Shown here in pieces: positions 1 to 14,501 of a stretch of DNA of 64,000 nt. Source of the DNA: Eledone cirrhosa (lineage: Eukaryota). The stretch lies in contig OZ024742.1 in the NCBI GenBank assembly GCA_964016885.1, forward strand, positions 316,944,001 through 317,008,000. The letters are read 5' to 3'. A program made the translations under genes and the position numbers. Each line of letters opens with the position of its first letter. The stretch's first letter is position 1. The notes under the pieces were generated by a model. The model saw only the letters and a program-made list of their open reading frames with translations. It was not told where the DNA came from and ran no database searches.

Positions 1-1678
1 CTCTCAATCTCGTCCACCATATAACCTCTTTCAGCATAGCCACTGTACAGAGGAAAATAGCCTCTCTTTCGTTTTTGAAAGAGGCTGGCGGTTTGATCCT
101 TACTATGGACTCGGTAGTCAACTGGATTTGTCCCATACGCGACAGCAGTTGTTCTGCATAGTTCCACAGGTCGCTTACACGTCCTCTTGGAAGGATCCCT
201 GCCGAGGCGTCCGTGCCTGTAGTTCTTATCTCGATCGGGTAGAGCTCCTCGGTAGCACTTCCAGGCCAAGGACCTCTGGAAGTTGTCCATAGGTCGCGGG
301 CGGAAAGTCCTACCGAACAACTGGTGAGCTCGTCGTCTTCGATGCCTAGAGGTTCCCCGAGCACGTCGCGCACTTGTAAAGTACTAACACTATAGAATGT
401 CGAAGTGGAGTCTCCACTGATTGCTGTGCCCGCTTGACAGAGGACTGTGAGCGCATGGGCGCATTCAATGTGCCAGACGCCCATCTTCTTCGATCTTCGC
501 TTGACCCAGGACTGAAACTCAGTCAGCGAGACAAGTTGTGGGAAGGCCTGTCTCACAAACGGTTCCCACACCGGTTGGTCGGTGAGGAATACCTTAAGAT
601 GCCGTAGCCTCAGCGCATGTTTGCGCATCATTAGCCACGGCATGCCCAGCCCTCCGTTGGAAGGGTGTTGACAGCAGACGGATCTCCTCACCAGTAGAGC
701 CCGCTTCTTCCACAGGAACTGGAAGAGCATGATTCCATCTTGGTGAGTTATTCACGGGGACAAGGCATGACAGTCAAGCTCTAGTAGATGACGGACGCTA
801 TGAAAGTGTTCGCCACCCCCGCTCGACCTTTCAAAGGCAGTTTGCATTCTGCCCACTTCTGGGTGAGCGCAAATACCTTGGCCATCACCTCGTTCCAGTT
901 TTTCTACAGCTGGAGGTTTGGACCGAACCAGACCACGAGCAATTTCACCGGTCCTCAGTCCAGCGTCCGACGACGCTGTCGGACGGCATAGGTTTGCCTC
1001 TCCACGTTCCGAGTTGCAAACCGACAGACTTGTCCGGGTTCAGTTTTGCTCCTGTGAATTTTTCGTATTCCTGTAGTAGGTTGCCGATTATCTCGATTTC
1101 CGAGGTTTTCGACACCATTACAGTCACCGCTTTTTGCAGTCCCGGTTCTAAAAGGATGCCCTGCAAAAGCTCCAACTTCCGCAGTAGTGGCTCTAGAGTC
1201 AATACGTACAGAATGGAGGAGAGAGGGTATCCCTGTCTAATGGAACGCGTGATTGCGAACGGCTCCGATAAGTATCCGTTCACCTTGACCTTCGAGCAGA
1301 TGCTGGTGTGCATCGTCTTGACCAGCCTCTGAAAACGGGACCGAAACCGGACGCCTTGAGAACCACTTCCAAATATCGATGGTCGACCCTATCGAATGCC
1401 TTAGACTGATCTGAATTGATCAGAGCCCCACCGAAGCCGAGTTTACACTCCACCCTCTCTATGATGTATCGCATGAGGTGGAGGTTGTCGTGTATAGACT
1501 TGGTCGGGATTGCACACGTTTGTGCTTTCACTACTAGGTTCTCGACAAGCGCCAGTCTCGTTGCTAGCACCTTGGCCAAAATCTTTAACTCTGTGTTGAG
1601 AAGAGTTATGGACCTGAAATTGTTTATTTCGTCCCCCTTGCTTTCGTCTTTCCTGATCAGCGTTACTACGCCCTTGCC
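1..1678 (-). mobile_element. 5'-truncated, degenerate L1/Tx1-clade LINE (RT region); 3' end runs out of the window
   Basis: Broken ORFs (LINSDQSKAFDRVDH, RSIRQGYPLS, GLQLGTWRGKPMPSD) closely match ORF2 at 52935-55967, with frameshifts and deletions; the 5' junction abuts TAGATAGATAG. Confidence 0.93.
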
Positions 1679-1702
1679 TTCGTTATATAGATAGATAGTT
1701 AG

Positions 1703-1783
<81 letters not shown>

Positions 1784-1904
1784 CAGTACAGAAATTACTT
1801 TTATTGGACTAGAACTGTTTCATGCATATGAAAACATCATGAGTGTCTTGGAGAATTATTACGAATGAAACGTTTCTATTCTTGCTGAATCCATCTCTTT
1901 ATAA

Positions 1905-2098
1905 AATAATTGTTTTTACTTTTGGCACAAGGCCAGCAATTACCCAGTACATTTCTGGTACTTTATTTTATCGACCTCGTAAGGATGAAAGGCAAAGTTA
2001 ACCTCGGCGGGATTTGAACTCAGACCTTAAAGGGCCGTAACTATTTGCTGCAAAGCATGGTGTCCGACCATCTACTGATACTGATAATCCACCACCCT
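1905..2098 (-). mobile_element. tRNA-derived SINE (dominant family in this window)
   Basis: Minus strand has a tRNA-like head with B box GAGTTCAAATC and core TAACTTTGCCTTTCATCCTTACG...GTCGATAAAATAAAGTACC; about 8 similar copies in the window. Confidence 0.85.
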
Positions 2099-2211
2099 AA
2101 AATAATGATGCTTATATTGCTCCTACTTATTAAGCACATTTTCTAACTGTGGTGGTTTCCTGATCCCTATCGTGAGCCCACTCGTATATATATATATATA
2201 CTCACACACAA

Positions 2212-2262
<51 letters not shown>

Positions 2263-2264
<2 letters not shown>

Positions 2265-2470
2265 ACAAACAAAGTGTGGTAAGGAACCAGGTGGACCAGA
2301 ACGCACCAGAGTACTCAATATGTTGGGTATTAGAGTGGGTAATAGGAAAAGAGTCAGGACCCTGACGGCTGAGCTCCGGCCGTTTCGTCAGCTAGATCCG
2401 AACTGGAGTTCTGATCTAGTTGTCGAAACGACCGGAGCTCAGCCGTTGGGCTCCTGACACGTTTCCTATA
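2263..2470 (-). mobile_element. Short fold-back element, family A (3' half of a hammerhead), in (TA)n
   Basis: Inverted arms ~2341-2398 and ~2413-2470; GAAACGGCCGGAGCTCAGCCGTC forms stem III plus a GTC triplet; related copies at 4015, 36450 and 48258. Confidence 0.75.
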
Positions 2471-2477
2471 TATATAT

Positions 2478-2967
<490 letters not shown>

Positions 2968-3554
2968 ATATACATATACATATATTTATATATATATATA
3001 TATATATACCCTTGGGCCCTCAATTCTATCTAAAATGGCCATGAAATAGGAAAGAATAGAAATGAGTGTAGATATAAAAAGGAAGAAGTAGAAGAATCGA
3101 GGCCCAAACGATACCGGTACTTTATTTATCGACTCCGATATATGGATAGGCATAGCAGAATCCGGAAACATTGAATGGGAAGTACAGAGAGACGGAACAA
3201 TTAGCGCAATGTATTTAACCTGACATTCTTTTGACTATCAACTGCACAGTAGAACTTATGGTGTGTGTGTTCGTGTTTTTATGTGTGCGTGAGTGTGCGT
3301 CTCTGTGCATATACATTTAGGTTTAATGTTGGCATCGAAAACGTTGGTACTAAATGAGTGTAGCAGGATTTATTTATTTATAGAAATTCATATGAATTAA
3401 ATTGAGGCTGGTTTATTCATTTCAAATTGAAAGACATGAAGCAGAAAAGTAACTTTCTCAGTTAACTTCAACCATCCATTTGCGCTCAATTATATATTTC
3501 ATATAGCCTAAACAAACAGATCAACACATAATTTATCTAAGAATTCAATTATCA

Positions 3555-3633
<79 letters not shown>

Positions 3634-4014
3634 AAAGTTTTATTTAAAATGTTGGGTTACAACGAGTAAATATTTTATAACTGATATAAAAGCACTCAAC
3701 AGAATTTTGGAGTATTTTACGATATTAAACAAATGGAAATTACATTTATAAAACAATATTTATTTCATTATATATATTTCAGGGATATCATATTAAAAAT
3801 ATGGTATGCCCTCTTCAGACAAAATACAAAATATAGACAGTTTTATAAATAAATTTGACATACCTTAGAGTTTACAACTTCCATTTAAAAAGTTGTTATA
3901 TATATATTTATATATGTGGGAAGGGGGTGTATAATGTGGGTTAGACAATAAAAACGTTTTAAAGTGAAACTTCGTTATATTTAACATATATATAAGTATA
4001 TATACACATATATA

Positions 4015-4221
4015 TAACAAAGGAGTTGTGGTAAGGAACCAGATGGACCATAACGCACCAGAGTACTCAATACTTAGGGTAGTAGAGTGGGTAATAGAAG
4101 AAAGTATGACCCCGACGGCAGAGCTCAAGCCGTTTCGACGGCTATTTCTGGACTCTATTTCTTGAGTCCAGAAATAGCCGTCGCAATGGCTTGAGCTCTG
4201 CCGTCGGAGGTCATGCTTTCA
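4015..4221 (-). mobile_element. Short fold-back element, family A
   Basis: Homologous to 2263-2470; hairpin centred near 4158; (TA)n flanks. Confidence 0.75.
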
Positions 4222-4252
4222 TATATATATATATATAATTTTAATATACATG

Positions 4253-4303
4253 AGATTCTACAGGATTAAAACTGTTTCATTCTTTAGAAATCCTCAGGAA
4301 TCT
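4253..4303 (-). ncRNA. Type I hammerhead ribozyme (family B element, ~4238-4497)
   Basis: Minus strand AGATTC-CTGAGGA-TTTCTAAAGAAT-GAAACAG-TTTTAATC-CTGTA^GAATCT; stems I and III pair, GTA triplet. Confidence 0.8.
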
Positions 4304-4524
4304 GGCTGTCCAAAATAAATGTGGTATTTATATCTTTTCTGGTGGTAGGAGAGGCTGGAGAGTGGGATGGGTGGAGGTCATTGGTTGAAGGAAAAGGGAA
4401 TTCATTAAAAGCTAATTCTTTAAGGCTATAATCTATATGTAGAGTGACAAAGGCAGAAAGAATTCTATAAACAAGCTATATTTCAGGTGTCAACAGAAAC
4501 ATTCACATACACACACACATATGT

Positions 4525-4580
<56 letters not shown>

Positions 4581-4586
<6 letters not shown>

Positions 4587-5175
4587 TGAAACAAAATGAA
4601 TACGAAATTTCATTTCTCACTCTTAGTATGGCACTTACTTAAATGTAAGTATGCATGTATACGTACATACATATATGTATACAGACGTACAGTAGCATGC
4701 ACATATATATATATATATATATACATATATACATACATATGCATACAGGTACACATACATATATGCACGTATCAGTTTAGCGGCGCTTATTATAACGTCG
4801 CTTTGTTCGTTTGTAAACAAACTGAACAGCCTGAATTTATGCCATACGGTGTTAAGGCAACCACGTCACCTTTTTGTTCAACACTGACACAGGAACGATG
4901 TACTAGTTTCAAGCTTGTTAGCTATCATCAGCACCGTTTACCCATCTGCCAGATAGTTGAACGTTCGAAAGTATATACTTTCCTTATGAAAATTAACGGC
5001 TGAGCAGCCTAATTTGCATATTGAGTGAGTTAAATCGGTCAGGCATACCGAAAACGATAAATTGAAACAAAATGAAAACGAAATTTCATTTCTCACTCTT
5101 AGTATGGCGCTTACTTAAATGTAAGTATGCATGTATACGTACATACATATATGTATACAGACGTACAGTAGCATG

Positions 5176-5217
<42 letters not shown>

Positions 5218-5457
5218 TACATACATATGCATACAGGTACACATACATATATGCACGTATCAGTTTAGCGGCGCTTATTATAACGTCGCTTTGTTCGTTT
5301 GTAAACAAACTGAACAGCCTGAATTTATGCCATACGGTGTTAAGGCAACCACGTCACCTTTTTGTTCAACACTGACACAGGAACGATGTACTAGTTTAAC
5401 TCACTCAATATGCAAATTAGGCTGCTCAGCCGTTAATTTTCATAAGGAAAGTATATA
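4581..5457 (-). mobile_element. Tandem (~476-bp period) hammerhead-containing retrozyme/pLTR-like element with an inverted 5' piece
   Basis: Direct repeat 4581-4908 and 5057-5397; 5396-5457 is the inverse of ~4968-5033; complete hammerhead at 4894-4938. Confidence 0.8.
4894..4938 (-). ncRNA. Minimal type I hammerhead ribozyme
   Basis: AACGGTG-CTGATGA-T-AGCT-AACA-AGCT-T-GAAAC-TA-GTA^CATCGTT: intact core, 7-bp stem I, 4-bp stem II, palindromic ACTAGT stem III. Confidence 0.88.
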
Positions 5458-5459
5458 CC

Positions 5460-6144
5460 CCTCGCCAACTCCCGTATACTAACACCCACTAACACCTCTT
5501 CATCAAACTACACACACACCAGTACACCACACTCCCTCCATAGAACCACACACACCCTTCTCTCCCCGCTCCACCCACACCCTCGCTCAACACTCACTCA
5601 TCCCACTAACACCCCTACTAATGCACACACACACACACCCTCCTCACTCCAACTTTCACACCTACCCATCCTCGCCCCTTTACCATTCCACCGACTGCTG
5701 CTATGCCCTCTGACCACCTCCCAGCACAAACAGACCACAGCACTCCCACTGCTGACCACTTCCTGTTGCGCGCGCATCCCACATATCTCCTCTTCCGACC
5801 ATCGCTTCATGGAATACCCACACGCAGAAATTGACCAGCCACCAATCCACTAAACATTTTCGGAATTTACCAACTTTTCAACCATCCTCTTACGTAATCA
5901 CCTATATAACTCACCCACACACACACCCCAAACAAATTTTTTTTCTCCACACGCCACCTACATCAACAACACGCTTAAACCCCACACACGTGCTTTCCAC
6001 CACATATCTACACCCTCAGCCTCCTGATTCCTCTCCCCCCACCCCTCTATCCACATACGCACAGACACTCCGACCCACAAACTCCCCCCATACACACACC
6101 TCTTCCTGAACATGCAACCCCATTCTTCCCCCAACCCTTACTTT

Positions 6145-6185
<41 letters not shown>

Positions 6186-6640
6186 CTACACACACACACA
6201 CACACACGCACACCTACACACACACACCACCTTCAGCCCTCCCCGCCCGGACACCCCGTCTCCCTCTCCCCACTCCACCCGCCACCACCCCTACACACCC
6301 CACACCCTTCCACCACCTGTTTAACCCCTTTTTAATTTCAGTTTATTTTGATCATGCCTCTATTTTTAAATTTATCTCCTTCCTTGTATTTTGATCATGC
6401 TTTATTTTTATTTTTATCTTTATTTTTTATTTTTTCATTCGCACCGTTTCCTTTCGCTATATGTCTCTCCACCACTCCCCTACACACCCTTTGAACTCTG
6501 TTCCCACACACTTCCCACCCGAGGAAGGGCTTATGCTCGAAACGTCGTCCCCCACCAACACCCTACTCTCCAGAGCGTGAAATTAATAAACATTTGTTGT
6601 ACTGCCTCTCCGTTTTGTCCCTGTTCAAATTTTTCCATTA
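5460..6640 (+). mobile_element. C/A-rich element 3' region ending in a degenerate hammerhead and AATAAA (PLE-like)
   Basis: CCGAGGA-AGGGCTTATGCTC-GAAACGTC near 6519-6546; the terminal ~65 bp recur at 14864-14930; (TA)n tail. Confidence 0.5.
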
Positions 6641-6654
6641 TATATATATATATA

Positions 6655-7085
6655 TAAACGTTTGAATATGTGTAATAAGGCCAAAACAATGCAGGTATGG
6701 ACATAGAAAAAAGAATGCAATAGTAAAAGATATTGTTGAGAATTCGTCTTTCACCTTGAATTTATTTAAATGTCCTTAATTTTCGAGATAATATCTCTTC
6801 TTCGGAGGGAAATAAAGGTCTCAAACCAGCGTCTTAAATCTCTAGACAAGCCAAGAGAATTAAGACGCTGGTTTGAGACCTTTATTTCCCTCCGAAGAAG
6901 AGATATTATCTCGAAAATTAAGGACATTTAAATAAATTCAAGGTGAAAGACGAATTCTCAACAATATCTTTTACTATTGCATTCTTTTTTCTATGTCCAT
7001 ACCTGTATTGTTTTGGCCTTATTACACATATTCAAACGTTTATACCTCATTACACAATGCTTCAAGTGAACTATAACCTCCTCCT
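6655..7085 (+). mobile_element. Large fold-back element with a hammerhead-like motif in each arm
   Basis: Near-perfect ~190-bp inverted arms 6655-6843 and 6856-7043; CCGAAGA-AGAGATATTATCTC-GAAAATTA^AGGA at 6892-6924; (TA)n flanks. Confidence 0.8.
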
Positions 7086-7202
7086 ATATATATATATTTA
7101 TATATATATATATATAAATTTGTGTATGTGTATTTATGTATATGTGTATATAAGTGTATATGTGTAGATGTGTTTGTATATGTTTGTATATGTGTATATT
7201 TA

Positions 7203-7259
<57 letters not shown>

Positions 7260-7297
7260 CTGTGTGTGCGTGTGAGTGAGTGTGCGTGAATGTTTCT

Positions 7298-7853
7298 GTT
7301 GACACCTGAAATATAGCTTAAGAGAAACATGACAATAATGATAGGCACCCAATTTTTGAACTGGTTTATAGAATTCTCTTGGCCTTTGTCACTCTAAGTA
7401 GAGTTTTAAAGAATTAGCTTTTAAAGAATTTCCATTTTCTTTAAATCCATCAACCATGACCGACCCCCAACCATCTTATAGACACCTGAAATATAGGCAT
7501 TGTTAGCTTAAGAGAAAATTAAAAATAAGGAGTGGCACCCAATTTGAACTTGTTTATAGAATTCTTTCTGCCTTTGTCACTCTAAATATAAATTATAGCC
7601 TTAAAGAATTAGCTTTTAATGAATTCCCTTTTCTTTCAACCTCTACCCATCCCACTCCCTACCCTCTCCTACCACCAGAAAAGATATAAATACCACAACA
7701 TTTATTTTGGAGAGCCAGATTCCTGATGATTTCTAAAGGATGAAACAGTTCTAGTCCTATAGAATCTCATCTATATTAAAACTTTTATACTCTGCTATGT
7801 ATTGAGTACCTTACTTACTGTGGTTACCTCCGATTCAACCCGGAATAACTTAC
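7298..7853 (+). mobile_element. Family B hammerhead element with an internal ~180-bp tandem duplication
   Basis: GACACCTGAAATATAG repeated at ~7301 and ~7481; homologous to 4238-4497 (inverse) and 32365-32495. Confidence 0.75.
7717..7767 (+). ncRNA. Type I hammerhead ribozyme (family B)
   Basis: AGATTC-CTGATGA-TTTCTAAAGGAT-GAAACAG-TTCTAGTC-CTATA^GAATCT; the triplet is ATA where sister copies have GTA. Confidence 0.75.
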
Positions 7854-7961
7854 GTATATATGTATATATATATATATATGCATATATATACATATATATA
7901 TATAACCATACTATCTATGTATATACACACAGACACGTTCAACTCCCTCACACACACGCAT

Positions 7962-8038
7962 ATACATACATACATACATACATACATACATACATACATA
8001 CATACATACATACATACATACATACATACATACATACA

Positions 8039-8066
<28 letters not shown>
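7962..8066. repeat. (CATA)n microsatellite
   Basis: Perfect tetranucleotide run. Confidence 0.95.
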
Positions 8067-8069
<3 letters not shown>

Positions 8070-8804
8070 GCATAGGCTAAATAGATTCCCCACGATCCAA
8101 ATACTGGTGGAAAGGGGGGAAAATAAGCGATAGCAACAAAGTAATTTGTAAATATATTAGCTTTAATCCAACTGTCATTTGAGCGTTGAAAGCAATGTAG
8201 CTAAATATCTTGGAAAGCAAGCAACATTTATCTCAAGCATTAGTTTCAATTCAATAGTGAAGCTATTTTGCCGAACTAGTTTCCTACATACCTTCCTATG
8301 AGAGAGCGATTTTCGTTTATAATCAATAAATGGCTATTAACTTGGTAACGTATCAGCACAGATGTCAGTTAAAAGAAATTATTAAAATATATACGAGCGA
8401 TGTGTTAGTGTTCCTTATTCCAATGCAAAAGCCTCAGGACTATGTCCATCCGTTCGGGAAACTAGCAGATGCAGAGATAAATTACCAAGATAGAGTTTTA
8501 ATTGATCGACTGACTTTAATCATTCCAAACGTTTTCTAGAATCTTTCTTAAATTTATTTTGATGAACAGCCAGTAACAAATAAACATGACTGGTACTTTT
8601 CGCAAGGATGTGTCGCAATGACCAGATTTGGAGACGAGAAAAAAAAACAAACATTAATGGAAGCTAAGTGTGGTGATATTAAGAGTAAAATCTTACATAT
8701 GAGGATAAAATGTATTTATAGCAACTAATATATTTTAGACTTTGAGGTTTATATTTGTTGATAGAGAAACAGTAAGTAGTAAATTACAAATATGTTCCTG
8801 GTGA

Positions 8805-8976
8805 TAATAATTGTTTCTACTTTTGGCACATGGCCAGCAAATACCCAATGCATTACTGGTACTTTATTTTATCGACCCCGTAAAGATGAAAGGCAAAGTT
8901 AACGTCGGCGGAATTTGCACTCAGATCATAAAGGAGGGTAACTCTATGCTTCAAAGCATGGTATCCGACCCTCTAG
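8805..8976 (-). mobile_element. tRNA-derived SINE, dominant family
   Basis: Matches 1905-2098. Confidence 0.85.
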
Positions 8977-9057
8977 AGCAAACATGAATATAATCAGGCT
9001 ATTCTGCGTACAATAGGTATAAACTTGCATATTTATAAATGTAATTATATATATATA

Positions 9058-9338
9058 CTAGACCACCCATGACCCGTCGGGTCAAATTCGCTTCAAAATA
9101 TTTTTTTAAAATCATGTTCATTTTTACATAATTAACATATACACAGACATGTATATAATGTGAAATGAAATTGGAAGGCCCGTATATATATACGCTTGTG
9201 TATGTATATGTATATAAATGTGTGTGTTCATATACATATATATATAAATATATATATATGTGTGTGTGTTTCGGTATATATATTTATATGTGGGTGTCTG
9301 TGATCTATATACACTGGTCATAGACACACACACACAAT

Positions 9339-9428
<90 letters not shown>

Positions 9429-9672
9429 ACAACTCCACAGGCTCACTCTCTATCTCTCTCTCTTTCCTTCTCCTTCTCTCTATCATTCTCTCTCTCTATT
9501 TATGAAGGTACTCAGAAAACCCTATACCTCGAGAACCCGTGGTCCGACGTACGCGAAACTCGTTTTATTCCATTTGTATTCCCAATTCAGGGTCAAAGTA
9601 TTTTCCCTTTATGCGCCCTTTTGGCTGTATTACATTACAGACAAGCAAGCAAACAATCACAGAGTTTTAGTA

Positions 9673-9680
<8 letters not shown>
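9058..9680 (-). mobile_element. Non-autonomous Helitron-like element
   Basis: Minus strand ends in hairpin TGACCCG-A-CGGGTCA followed by TGGGTGGT-CTAG|T; starts ...TATATTACTAAAACTCTGTG with TTGTTTGCTTGCTTGTCTG repeats. Confidence 0.6.
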
Positions 9681-10207
<527 letters not shown>

Positions 10208-10448
10208 TAGATATTAATTTAACAACAATGAAAACAATACCAAAGTCAAGTTATTTTACCTTTTCATATTGTTTTACGGAGAGTTAATCATATTGACATA
10301 GTGACTGATCTATAACAGTTATATAACTGTATACATTGGATATATATATATATATATATATATATTATCAAGAAATAACAACGCATTATAGGTAGCATCT
10401 AGGGTAATTGACAACGTCAATGTGTGTCTGTGTGTGTGTGTGCCTACA

Positions 10449-10540
10449 CACACACATACATATATAGAGAGGCACGTGGCCTAGTGGTAAGGGTGCTGGA
10501 CTTGCGATCATAAAGTCGTGGGATCGATTCCTGCGCTGAC
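10449..10540 (+). mobile_element. tRNA-like SINE head (second family), lying between inverted arms ~10366-10420 and ~10563-10620
   Basis: GGCACGTGGCCTAGTGGTAAGGGTGCTGGAC (A box) and GGATCGATTCC (B box). Confidence 0.6.
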
Positions 10541-10955
10541 AAACTATATGTCTCACCCATAGAGACGTTTTTAATTACCCTGAATGCTACCTATAATGCA
10601 TCGTTATTTTTTATGATATTGATTCGAATTAAGTTAAGATCAAAGATGTCTTATCATGTATGACGATACCATGTTTATTTCAGTTAATATACATTTAGTA
10701 TCGCATTTTCCAGCGTATATTTGCAGTTTTGAAGATGTTTGCTTGGTTTTTGATTTGACTGATACTTCCTTGCAATTTTTTCCTTGTTTAACGTGCATGC
10801 AGAGCATTATGCTAGAGACTATCTCATATATATACAGACATACATATATATATATATATACACATACATACATATATATATATACATACATATATTAGCC
10901 ATTTTGAATTCGTAACTCGCGGGAATCACTTAAGAAAATTCTTTGTCCAAATGCG

Positions 10956-11042
10956 TTTGTTTCCTGATGAGTTCGAAGCTCGAGATTTTATCCTTAATAG
11001 GATATTTCCTAAAGCGAACGAAACCCTAAGGATAGAAACGGA
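10956..11042 (+). ncRNA. Type I hammerhead ribozyme with an extended stem II, inside a (TA)n-flanked element (~10895-11285)
   Basis: TTTGTTTC-CTGATGA-GTTCG[~39 nt]CGAAC-GAAACCCTAAGGATA^GAAACGGA. Confidence 0.75.
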
Positions 11043-11527
11043 ATCTTGGTATGTGTATATGCATTTTTGCTTCTAACTTTAATTTTATACCTAATTGTGT
11101 ATGGTTGACGGTATATTTAATCCATTTCCACGTGCTATTGAAATGTTGAGTAAATATTCTATAGCGGTTGGTCGCGAATAGATTGCTGTCGTTTATTTAT
11201 CTACTATTTCGTCATAGGTGCCTTATAGCCTGGTTTAATTGATTTTTTGTGTGGTTAATTATGCTAAATGGGAGAGGAAATGGTGTATATATATATTTAT
11301 AAATATAGTCGTCATTATTTAAAGCTTTAAATAATCCAAGGAAGTAGATTATACCAACACAATTATTATAACTAAATGACAAAAGAAAAATATCTCAGAA
11401 ATATACAATGAATTTGACGAATAAACGAATAGTTTGTTGTAGACATTGAGTTTGTAGAATAGGATTTTGTAAAGTATAGCATTAATTGTGTACAATGAGA
11501 TTTTCTCTATAGGCAATGATATATGCA

Positions 11528-11700
11528 GATAATTGTTTTTGGCACAAGACCAGCAATTATATCAGTGTACTTTATTTTATCGACCCCCGTAAGGATGAAA
11601 GGCAAAGTTAACCTCGGCGGGATTTGAACTCAAATCATAAAGGGCCGTAACTCTATGCTGCAAAGCATGGTATTAGACCCTCTACCGATGCTGCCAATTC
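11528..11700 (-). mobile_element. tRNA-derived SINE, dominant family
   Basis: Matches 1905-2098. Confidence 0.85.
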
Positions 11701-12899
11701 AATGCAGATAATAATATATGAATAGACAATCAACAGGGGAAAGTCGATTAACTAAATCTCTTTTTAAACTGTTTGTCCTTCTGTTGCGTATTCATGATGC
11801 ACAATCTCTCGATAGTAGAACAAAAACAATCACCATCACTATGATTTTGCTCCGCAGCTGACGTGATATCCATGGGACTTGGTGGTGTTGGTTCTTCGTC
11901 TGTAATGATTGAGCTTTTGTTTTAGATTCCTACCATAATACCCGCGATTCATCTCCATTTTTCATAGGATCCTGGACCTCAGAATCCTTGTGAATAGTAT
12001 CAGAAAAAGTGAATTACAGCGAATATGTCGTACCGCACCTCACACACTGGTTTCCTGACAGTGACTTACACATTCAACGAGCCCACCAAAACCCAGCATG
12101 CGTGGGATTCTATGTGACTTTACTCCGCACACATTTGACTTCCTAGAGATAGTACTTCCCACGAGGAAAATAAAGTAGGAAAAGCTTTTGAAGACCGCAT
12201 ATATCACATTCATTAGATATAATCACCAAACCTGTTATAAAATAATGCAGAAAGTTGTGATTAACAGTCACTCAATGAAGTATACCGAGGGGTTAAGGGT
12301 TGATAGACAGTTACAAAACATAATATATTACATTGAATGTACAGACAATACCTAATTGTGTTGTAATTATATTTGACAGCGAGACTTCACATTATCTACA
12401 CCACTTCAACCAGAATCTAATATAAAACAAAGGTATAAAACGAAAATACTGATTAAGTAACAAAGAAGTTTCATAAGAATATTTAATTAAAAGTAATTAA
12501 AATGATAAGAAGTGATAAAAGTAAATAAATTTAGATGATGTAAGCTAATCAATAACTTATACATTTTAGAATAACTTTACTTTAGATTAATAACTATCTT
12601 CCTACTATTCTTCAAAACACTGTCCAATTTAATTCATTACTAAGCTTCGATTTCTACGTTTTAAAAAAACGATACTGCAAAAAATATTCATGAAACGCAG
12701 ACATGTTAAAGAAAAATGTGGAATAGTATATAAATATATATATATATTTTTTGTCGGTTTTAACGATAAGGGTTGTGGTTTTCAAAAAAAATGAAGTGCA
12801 AGTGGCTCAGCAATCTAGAAACACATCTGTACCTAATACGTAATTATCAGAGAGATTTATCATGTCACTGTGTTTCAAAAGACTGAACTTTTGAATTGC

Positions 12900-13058
12900 A
12901 GATACTGTTCATCAGATGAGTTTCTAAGCAGTTTCCACTGATAAATCTTGAATCGACTCAGTGCTATGGTAAGCACAGTGGCTAAGATACCACGGGGCTC
13001 GAACTCAAGACTTTGTGATCACTGAGCAAGCTGCTTAATTGCTCAGCTATGCCTGCAT
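12900..13058 (-). mobile_element. Degenerate tRNA-derived SINE (other family)
   Basis: Minus strand GCAGGCATAGCTGAGCAATTAAG...GAGTTCGAGCCC, resembling A and B boxes. Confidence 0.45.
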
Positions 13059-13330
13059 CCATAAATGAGTAGAAAGGAATTGGCCTCAAATACTACAATT
13101 AATGATATCAACTTTTAATAAAATCCTGAGTCATATCTATCGTGTCTTTATCAACTATGTACATTATTTGTCAAATTATCCAAAGACTAAAGTGTTTGGA
13201 AGTTTGGAATTGTTGTTTGTGAGACTAGAAAACAATTTGAAAATCTGCAGATTCTGTTTACAAAATTCACAGAAAATTTCAGACACGACTCGTGATAAAT
13301 ATGACTGGGATCGAAACGTTCTTGAACAAG

Positions 13331-13404
<74 letters not shown>

Positions 13405-14438
13405 CTTCTCTCTTTTCCTGTCGAAAATTCTTTGCTTTTTATCTATATCTTATCTTTATGCTTTAATTAGAGATCAACTTAAAATTAGAGTTAATAATAT
13501 TTAGACAGGTATATCTCCAATTATAATCACACGATCTTTTTATAATGTTTTTTTTCTTTTCATAACCATCTCTTTAAGGGGGTCATTAATTACATTCAAA
13601 TTTGAACTATTGACGTTTTTTATTTATTTTTAGAATGATTAAACACTTGAGCTACTAAAACGAGATAACCTTGAACTTCACAATAACATTAAGTATTCAA
13701 TAGATTGTAGTATAATGTTAATGGTTCACGTGGAAGATTAACATATTGTTCTTTCTTATTTTCAGTTTTAAGAAGGTGGGTTACATAGCACGACCAAATG
13801 TCTAAGTAACTTACTTCGCAATCATAAGCTCCAGGTTTCGAAAAGTATCATTTACCGTAGCTCCTGGTCCCCTCACGCCTTAAGAACGAAATTTATTCTT
13901 ACGTAAGAAATTTTGCATACTATGTTTTTGTTATATATGTGTTGCCAACACTTCTATTTTAGGAGTGCTATCTATTTTATTTTTAAGTGAGAAAATGTAC
14001 CTACTCTAGAAAGAAATACATGTAAATGTCCAACAATTCCAACAATTCATTTAATTCTCTTGGCCTTACCATTACGACTACATTATTATAGTTATTGTAT
14101 ATTTGTTGAGAAAATAATGTGTATAGCAATATTTCTTTAACATAATTCTCTTACTGTACAAATAACGCTGCGAAATGGCATCCTTGTCCAAAGGTTTAGT
14201 AGAATGCATTTAAGATTTGGAGTTTAAAATCTACGCGAGTTGGATGAATAAAGCATCATTCAAGTAGTACGGTTGTTTCTTCCTCCATCACACTTTCTCA
14301 CTTAAATATTAAAAGGGGAATATTCTACCATGAATTACATAATCGAATGGATAATAGAAGAAAGATGAATAGAATGCAGCAATTTCAGGCTGGAATATTC
14401 ACGTGTCTCGAACACATTTATATCCACATTCTCTCTCT

Positions 14439-14496
<58 letters not shown>

Positions 14497-14501
<5 letters not shown>

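Noticed and set aside
10449-10540. tRNA gene
   Set aside because: A and B boxes are present but there is no closing acceptor stem; better explained as a SINE head.
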